A stretch of DNA of 64,000 nt from an uncultured Verrucomicrobiae bacterium (GTDB taxonomy: Bacteria; Verrucomicrobiota; Verrucomicrobiia; Opitutales; JABDGR01): positions 544,001 through 608,000 of the forward strand of contig CAVXVB010000005.1 of assembly GCA_963765205.1 (NCBI GenBank), written 5' to 3'. A program made the translations under genes and the position numbers. Position 1 is the first letter of the stretch; every line of letters begins with the position of its first letter. Under the pieces are notes generated by a model. It did not search any database. It worked only from the letters and a program-made list of their open reading frames with translations, and was not told the DNA's origin. Positions 61,689 through 64,000 of this stretch are shown here, one piece after another.

Positions 61689-64000
61689 CTACCGCAGCGT
61701 CAAAATCAAGTCTTTCGGTTCGACGCGGTCGCCGACTTGGGCGGCGATTTCCTCGACCACGCCGTCGGTTTGGGCGTAGAGGGTGGTTTGCATCTTCATC
61801 GCTTCGAGGACGCAGAGTTTGTCGCCGTTGGCCACTTTTTGGCCGACGGAGACGGAGAGGCTGCTGACCATCGCGGGGATGGGCGCGCCGACTTGCTTCG
61901 CGTCGGCGGGGTCGGCCTTGCGGCGGGGTTTGCCGCGCGGCTGCACGGACTTGTCGCGCACCCGCGTTTCGCGCGCGCGGCCATTCAGCTCAAAGGTCAA
62001 CGTGCGGAGGCCCTCGGCGTCGGCGTCGCCAACGGAAATTAGTTTCACGTAGAGGCGCTTGCCTTCCTCAATATCAATGGCGGTTTCCTCGCCCGGTTTG
62101 AGGCCGTAGAAAAACACCGGCGTGGGGATGACACCCACATTGTCGTAATCCTCGGCAAACTTGACCATTTCCTCGAAGACCTTCGGATACATCAGGTAAT
62201 TATAAAGATCGTCGTCATCACTTTCGTGGCCGCAGAGTTTGCGAACGTGTTCGCGCGCGGCGTCCATGTCCACCGGCGGCGCCTTGGGGCGGCCTTTGCC
62301 GGCTTTTTTGTCGCCGAGCACGACTTGCTGCACCGCCTTCGGCCAGCCGCCGAGCGGCTGCCCCAAGCCGCCCGCAAGCATGTCCACCACCGACTCGGGA
62401 AACGCGGTTCCCGGCGGCAGGTTGACGAGGTTCTCCGGCTCAATGCCGCGCGTGAGGAGGAAAATCGCCAGGTCGCCGACGACCTTGCTGCTCGGCGTGA
62501 CCTTGACAATGTCGCCGAGGAGCGTGTTGACCTCCTCGTAATAGCGCACGACTTCGGGCCAGCGCGCGCCGAGGCCGAGCGCCGCCGCCTGCTCGCGCAA
62601 GTTGGTGTATTGGCCGCCGGGCATCTCGTGCTTGTAAACCTCGGCGCTGCCGAAGCGCGGGCTGGTGTCGAATGGTTCGTAGGCCTGCCGCACCGCCTCC
62701 CAGTAAATAGACAGTTCGTTGAAGAAATCCACGTCCAATCCCGTGGCCCGGGAGTGGAAACGCAGCGCGTGCGCGACGGAATTCAGGTTTGGCTGGCTCG
62801 TCAGGCCCGACATTGAAGCGACCGCGAGGTCCGCCACGTCCACGCCCGCGTCGCAGGCCGCGAGCACCGAGGCGGAGGCGATACCGCTCGAATCATGCGT
62901 GTGAAAATGAATCGGAATACCCAGTTCGCCTTTGAGGGTCTGGACGAGTTTCGCAATCGCCATCGGATGGCAGAGGCCGGCCATGTCCTTGATCGCGAGC
63001 ATGTGCGCGCCGCGCTTTTCCAATTCGAGCGCGAGTTCGACGTAATAATTGAGCGTATACTTCGCGCGGTTCGGGTCCGTGATGTCGCCGGTGTAGCAAA
63101 TCGCCGCTTCACAAATCGAGGTGGTGTGGCCGCGAATGGCCTCCATCGCGGGTTCGAGATTCGGCAGGTAATTCAGCGAGTCGAACACGCGGAAAATATC
63201 CATGCCCGCCTCGGCGCAGTGTTTGACGAAGCCCTGGATGACCTTGTCGGGATAGTTCGAGTAGCCGACGCCGTTCGCGCCGCGTAGGAGCATCTGAAAA
63301 CAGATGTTGGGGATTTTTTCGCGCAGCCAGCGCAGGCGCTGGAAGGGGTCTTCGCGCAAAAAGCGCAGGCAAGTGTCGAAGGTGGCCCCGCCCCACATCT
63401 CCATCGAGAAAAGCTGCGGCGCGCGGCGCGCGATGGCGTCGGCGCAGGCGGCCATGTCGGCGGTGCGCATGCGCGCGGCGAGGAGGGACTGGTGCGCGTC
63501 GCGGAAGGTGGTGTCGGTCACGAACAGGCGCTTTTCCTTGAGCACCCACTGCGCGAATTTGTCGGGGCCCAATTCGCGCAAGCGGTCGCGCGTGCCGGGC
63601 GGCGGCGTCTGGATGCGGTTCCATTTCGGCAGGATCACCGGCAGGGTGAGCTTGGGCACGGGGCGGCCTTTGACTTGCTCGTTGCCGTTGACGATGACAT
63701 CGCCCAGATACTTAAGCAGCTTGGTGGCGCGGTCCTGGCGGCGCGAGAAGCGGAACAGCTCCGGCGTGTTCTCGATCATGCTGGTGGTGGCCTGGCCGCT
63801 GCGGAACGTCGGGTGGTTGATGACGTTTTCGAGGAAGGGCAGGTTCGTCTTCACGCCGCGGATGCGCATCTCGCGCAGGGCGCGGTCCATGCGCTGGCAG
63901 GTGATTTCAAACGTGGGCGCCGAGGCCGTGACTTTCACCAGCAGGGAATCGTAGAAGGGCGTGATGACCGCGCCGGTGTCGCCCATCGCGCCGTCGAGGC
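61689..64000 (-). CDS. pyc: Pyruvate carboxylase, 3' part; gene extends beyond the window
   Basis: YDSLLVKV, DTTFRDAHQS, WGGATFD, IKDMAG, HEMPGGQYTNL, KVTPSSKVVGD, biotin site EAMKM. Confidence 0.97.
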   Translation of the reverse strand, partial: LDGAMGDTGAVITPFYDSLLVKVTASAPTFEITCQRMDRALREMRIRGVKTNLPFLENVINHPTFRSGQATTSMIENTPELFRFSRRQDRATKLLKYLGDVIVNGNEQVKGRPVPKLTLPVILPKWNRIQTPPPGTRDRLRELGPDKFAQWVLKEKRLFVTDTTFRDAHQSLLAARMRTADMAACADAIARRAPQLFSMEMWGGATFDTCLRFLREDPFQRLRWLREKIPNICFQMLLRGANGVGYSNYPDKVIQGFVKHCAEAGMDIFRVFDSLNYLPNLEPAMEAIRGHTTSICEAAICYTGDITDPNRAKYTLNYYVELALELEKRGAHMLAIKDMAGLCHPMAIAKLVQTLKGELGIPIHFHTHDSSGIASASVLAACDAGVDVADLAVASMSGLTSQPNLNSVAHALRFHSRATGLDVDFFNELSIYWEAVRQAYEPFDTSPRFGSAEVYKHEMPGGQYTNLREQAAALGLGARWPEVVRYYEEVNTLLGDIVKVTPSSKVVGDLAIFLLTRGIEPENLVNLPPGTAFPESVVDMLAGGLGQPLGGWPKAVQQVVLGDKKAGKGRPKAPPVDMDAAREHVRKLCGHESDDDDLYNYLMYPKVFEEMVKFAEDYDNVGVIPTPVFFYGLKPGEETAIDIEEGKRLYVKLISVGDADAEGLRTLTFELNGRARETRVRDKSVQPRGKPRRKADPADAKQVGAPIPAMVSSLSVSVGQKVANGDKLCVLEAMKMQTTLYAQTDGVVEEIAAQVGDRVEPKDLILTLR

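Overview
A GC-rich bacterial chromosomal segment. The 16S signature CCTACGGGTGGCAGCAG and the gene content point to Verrucomicrobia, probably Opitutae. It holds a complete rrn operon (16S, tRNA-Ala, tRNA-Ile, 23S, 5S), ppdK, purQ-purL-purF, ftsY, the nusA-infB-rbfA-nrnA-truB-ribF-coaB operon, the 3' part of pyc, three histidine kinases, S8 and S1 proteases, a serpin and several small toxin-antitoxin-like inserts. The most interesting candidate is a two-gene operon at 17405-20257 that looks like a SPLIT bacterial homologue of the eukaryotic large lipid transfer proteins (MTP/vitellogenin/apoB). One membrane-anchored gene carries the N-terminal beta-barrel and helical domain, a second secreted gene resembles the C-terminal lipid-binding beta-sheet, and the pair is divergent from a 1461-aa AsmA-like protein. 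Also notable are 7-, 8- and 9-mer tandem-repeat arrays, often in inverted pairs, at many gene junctions and in the rrn spacer, and an IS200-like Y1 transposase flanked by inverted REP-like elements. About nine frameshifts, including in infB and purL, and a C23 tract suggest uncorrected long-read indel errors. All protein family calls come from motif recognition by eye; no database searches were run.
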